From Synechococcales cyanobacterium VAR_4_metabat_354 (lineage in GTDB: Bacteria > Cyanobacteriota > Cyanobacteriia > Cyanobacteriales > Chamaesiphonaceae), in the NCBI GenBank assembly GCA_031414775.1, contig JANOQI010000062.1:96001-160000 (forward strand): 64,000 nt of DNA, in the 5' to 3' direction. A program made the translations under genes and the position numbers. How positions within the stretch are numbered: the stretch's first letter is position 1; every line of letters begins with the position of its first letter. Shown piece by piece: positions 60,611 to 64,000 of the stretch. The notes under the pieces were generated by a model that was not told the origin of the DNA, ran no database searches, and worked only from the letters and a program-made list of their open reading frames with translations.

Positions 60611-62146
60611 TCATGAGCAACGATCGCAGGTGCTGGTTTCTTGATCGATCACCTCCACCACTCGATCATAGATCGCTTGCGCTTCTTGCGGCGAATTCCC
60701 AATACTAGTTAGACCAATCTTCCCAAACTCCGACAAACAGCCAATGAGATGAAAAACCGTGCCAGTTTCGGTACTGCTGTCAAAGTGCAACTGATGATGG
60801 GCAATAATATCCATCAGATCGTGGGGCAGTAAACCCCGGTATTGGGGTTTTTGCAACGTATCCGTGGCAATGTAATATTTGCACTGTCCCTGCTGACTAT
60901 AAAACAGACCATCGGCAAAGTTAAACTGGCCATTAGTCAAGAACCGCAAGGTCATGAGCGGATGAGTGGTACCCCCTTTACGTAAATTGATTTCGATCGC
61001 TTGCAAATCCCAGGTACCATCCGGCTGTTTGACCGCCACAAAATCCACCCCAAACCTTTCTAATATCCCCTTAGCTGCTAGGTTATGACCAATTCTCAGC
61101 CCTAACTCCTGCAACTGCAAGCGGTAACTAGCATCTGCCGGAAAGGTGCAACCCAAATAGACCTGACCATCGGGACCGCCTAAGATTTGATCGTGGGTAG
61201 AAATAATTTCCACTTCTCCGGCGGGTGAAATTGTACCTTGAACGCTAGGCGATCGCTTTTCGGTACCTTCAATAAAAGACTCGACAATCGCCCCTAAATC
61301 GCTGATGCGTCTGGAAAAACTTGCCCAAGTTTCAGATGGTGATTGAAAACGCATGATCGGTAAGCTAGCGGCGATGGCTTTGCTCCGCTGGGTAGTATCG
61401 ACAGCAGCGATCGATCCCAAATCTAAAATGGCATTGCCTTCACCAGAAAACCCTTCGTTCAACTTCACTACTAGCCTTTGCAGGTGTGGTTGCTGCTCCC
61501 ACAGTGCCACTGCTGCCTGCACTAAATCTGGGACAGTTTTCATTAACTGACTACCGGCGGGATGCGGCACCTGAGTCTCGGCAAAAATCTGCCGACTGCC
61601 GCTTTTAGTGCCCCACGGCAATAATGCTGGATCTATTGCCCAGAGGGGAATGCCTAGTTCTACAGATAATTCCCGCTCTAAGGGTGTGGAATTGTAGCAA
61701 ATCATGTGGGCTTTCTCGATCCGGATGGCGCTGCGGATTCGATCGATCAAGCGCGGCCTGTCGAGAATTTTTTGGGTGAGGGGCTGATGGGAAGCATCGT
61801 AAGTGGAGAGTAATACCAATCGATCGCGAGCGTGAGAAAAAGGAATACCCGATAACAATTGCAAATAATAGTCAATGATGATCGGCGTAAGTGGTTGAGA
61901 TGTGACGTAAACCAAGCGGGTGCGGGGATTACGCAAGCGAATCAGTGAAAATAGTAGGCGCTCTTCGTAGTGATGGCTACCTAGTACTTTGAGCAGTTCT
62001 GACTGATCGAGGCTGACTGAGGGCACCACCAGAATGTCACAATCACTGCGATCAAACTGATTAATTGTCTGCCATCGATCGAGCAACTGGGATTGCAACT
62101 GCTGAAATTTGTCTAGCATCATAGGGAGATGACGATCCTGCTGCAT
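60611..62146 (-). CDS. Peptide ligase PGM1-related ATP-grasp protein
   Basis: HYEERLLF, WGTKSGSR, VKLNEGFSGEGNA, SPSVQ, STHDQILGG, IEINLRKGGTTHP. Confidence 0.85.
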   Translation of the reverse strand: MQQDRHLPMMLDKFQQLQSQLLDRWQTINQFDRSDCDILVVPSVSLDQSELLKVLGSHHYEERLLFSLIRLRNPRTRLVYVTSQPLTPIIIDYYLQLLSGIPFSHARDRLVLLSTYDASHQPLTQKILDRPRLIDRIRSAIRIEKAHMICYNSTPLERELSVELGIPLWAIDPALLPWGTKSGSRQIFAETQVPHPAGSQLMKTVPDLVQAAVALWEQQPHLQRLVVKLNEGFSGEGNAILDLGSIAAVDTTQRSKAIAASLPIMRFQSPSETWASFSRRISDLGAIVESFIEGTEKRSPSVQGTISPAGEVEIISTHDQILGGPDGQVYLGCTFPADASYRLQLQELGLRIGHNLAAKGILERFGVDFVAVKQPDGTWDLQAIEINLRKGGTTHPLMTLRFLTNGQFNFADGLFYSQQGQCKYYIATDTLQKPQYRGLLPHDLMDIIAHHQLHFDSSTETGTVFHLIGCLSEFGKIGLTSIGNSPQEAQAIYDRVVEVIDQETSTCDRCS

Positions 62147-62379
62147 TTCTCTCCACTAAATCTTGCTAGACAATATCTTTGATCCTAGCCTGGGCGGAGC
62201 CATTACGAGCTGAAATAGTAAAGAAGCTTTGCATTTTTTGATGATGCTCCCGGCCAAGGTTATACGGAATAACCCAGTTGAAGAACTGTCACGTCTGAAG
62301 TTCGATCGATCACCATCACCAGTTAGTCTAAAAGACATAAGAATTGCTACAATTTGAGCCTGCTCATCACCGACTAAAT

Positions 62380-63087
62380 ATGGCTACTGCAACCTCTAGC
62401 TCTACTCTGACTAATACTGTGAAATCCAGCTTCTCGCCCTTAGTCACTAGTGTGATCTATCCTTTTGGACAGCTGTTTTTACCCAACTATTTTTGGCAGA
62501 TTAAAATTCTCGGTCAAGAACATCTGCCCAGAACCGGCGCAACTATTTTGGCTCCCACCCATCGATCACGCTGGGATTCGATGCTGATTCCCTATATCGC
62601 TGGTCCCTACGCCCTGGGTCGGAATGTGCGGTTTATGACTTCGGCCAATGAAATGCGGGGCTTGCAAGGTTGGTTTGTCAGGCGTTTAGGTGGTTTTCCG
62701 GTAGATACGAATAACCCGAGTTTGAGTAGCTTTCGTTATGCGATCGAGCTAATTAATCAAGGGGAATTGATCACAATTTATCCGGAGGGCGGTATTCGCA
62801 ACGATGGAACTTTGCACCCCCTCAAGAAAGGATTATCTCGGATTGCTTTGCAGGCACAGTCCGGTAATCCCAGTCAGGACATCCAGATTGTGCCGATCAG
62901 TATTCGTTACAGTCAGAAGTTGCCGAAATGGCGGGATAGCGTATCGATCGTCATTAATCCGCCGCTGTCGGTGGCGCAATATGCTCAAAAATCAGTGAAG
63001 GCTGGCTCGGAAGCTCTTCACCAAGCTCTGGCCGATGCTATGCAAGAAGCGATCGATCTAAATAATTTACAAACTTGGGATAGCTAG
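62380..63087 (+). CDS. Lysophospholipid acyltransferase family protein
   Basis: PTHRSRWD (HX4D motif), LGGFPV, YPEGG; start uncertain (TTG 62344 or ATG 62380). Confidence 0.85.
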   Translation: MATATSSSTLTNTVKSSFSPLVTSVIYPFGQLFLPNYFWQIKILGQEHLPRTGATILAPTHRSRWDSMLIPYIAGPYALGRNVRFMTSANEMRGLQGWFVRRLGGFPVDTNNPSLSSFRYAIELINQGELITIYPEGGIRNDGTLHPLKKGLSRIALQAQSGNPSQDIQIVPISIRYSQKLPKWRDSVSIVINPPLSVAQYAQKSVKAGSEALHQALADAMQEAIDLNNLQTWDS

Positions 63088-63143
63088 ATCTAAAAACAAA
63101 TGCAAGGTGTTAACGATTTAAAATTGATAAAAACCAGACAGGC

Positions 63144-64000
63144 TCAATTTTTGGATAGCCTCAAATTGTATTCATCCACCAACCGATTATTGGCTACTAG
63201 CTTTTGCTCGTGCAACAGCACGTCCCCAAACTCAATTAAACGAGCAATGCTGAAATATGGCGGTGTGAAAGCTGGTCGATCGACAGCACTATTCACTAAT
63301 GACCGAGAAACCTGTTCAATTCCCACCTGCTGAATGTATTGACGCACTTGCTCATCGTACATCCGCGATCGCATGGCACCATAAAAATCGATCGCCTGTT
63401 CGGGGAATCGATCGACTAGATTGGTAATTTCGGCTTGGCTCAAACCGTCGGGGGCAAAAATGCCATGCACAATCCCAATCTTGTCCGCCCGAGTAGGGTG
63501 CCAATAGAACTTCTCCATCCGGCCATCCCGAATTAAGGGTGCATAGAGCGTAGAAAAGTCGTTGCCAGTCACAATAATCGGAATACGCGGCAAGGGCGTG
63601 GCATCATAGCTACCCGGTAGCTGAACGTTGGTAGGGCTGTCGGCAATGTTCATCAAGGTGGCATTCACCAGCTGGGTATTGACGGTGTATTGGGTGCCGC
63701 TGTCAAAGCGGCCAGCCCCAGCATCCAAGTCGTTAATCATGAGCACACACATTTTGCCGCGCACTTTAATGATTTCGGCAGCTTCGCGGTAACGGAGTCG
63801 AATCAATCGGCTGGAATCCCCAGCATCGGGGCTTTCTAACTCGCCTGCGCTGATATGGACGACTTCAATGCCCATCCGTTCGTAGACTAGTTCGCACTGA
63901 AAGGTTTTACCTTCACCTTTGCGGCCATGTACTCCCAAAATCAGCGGTACTTTTACTCCGGGTAGTTCTAGGAAGTTTTTGGTGATGTGGATGGCGAGTC
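63144..64000 (-). CDS. Rubisco activase-like AAA+ ATPase (ALC/Rca), 5'-truncated by the window edge
   Basis: Frame open to the edge (LAIHITKNFL..PGVKVPLILGVHGRKGEGKTFQ); LIRLRYREA, INDLDAGAGR, TGNDFSTLYAPLIRDGRMEKFYW. Confidence 0.9.
   Translation of the reverse strand, partial: LAIHITKNFLELPGVKVPLILGVHGRKGEGKTFQCELVYERMGIEVVHISAGELESPDAGDSSRLIRLRYREAAEIIKVRGKMCVLMINDLDAGAGRFDSGTQYTVNTQLVNATLMNIADSPTNVQLPGSYDATPLPRIPIIVTGNDFSTLYAPLIRDGRMEKFYWHPTRADKIGIVHGIFAPDGLSQAEITNLVDRFPEQAIDFYGAMRSRMYDEQVRQYIQQVGIEQVSRSLVNSAVDRPAFTPPYFSIARLIEFGDVLLHEQKLVANNRLVDEYNLRLSKN

Overview
A 64-kb stretch of a cyanobacterial chromosome, identified by photosynthesis genes (psbY, psb30, chlM, hemH with a CAB domain, ndhH, CP12, a Rubisco-activase-like AAA protein) and very frequent CGATCG-core palindromes. 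It is mostly housekeeping: argZ/agrE-putA, leuS, gshA, rel, ileS, cbiD, fabD, smc, gor-prx-perR, tRNA-Gly, truB, dnaG and menF/menA. Small accessory insertions are scattered through it. The best candidates for something new are: (i) a translationally coupled ABC/AAA-ATPase + PIN-like nuclease pair that looks like a two-gene defence or toxin-antitoxin module; (ii) two tandem atypical CP12 genes, both lacking the Trp of the AWD_VEE motif, one basic and C-terminally remodelled; (iii) a ~145-bp transposase-less IS200/IS605-like mini-element between menA and its terminator; (iv) a probable 24-nt hairpin insertion in frame inside putA; (v) an orphan AIPR gene; (vi) a duplicated stand-alone AMIN domain; and (vii) an amidase with a substituted Zn ligand. 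No CRISPR array, rRNA, integrase or intact transposase was seen. All family calls come from motif recognition by eye; no database searches were run.
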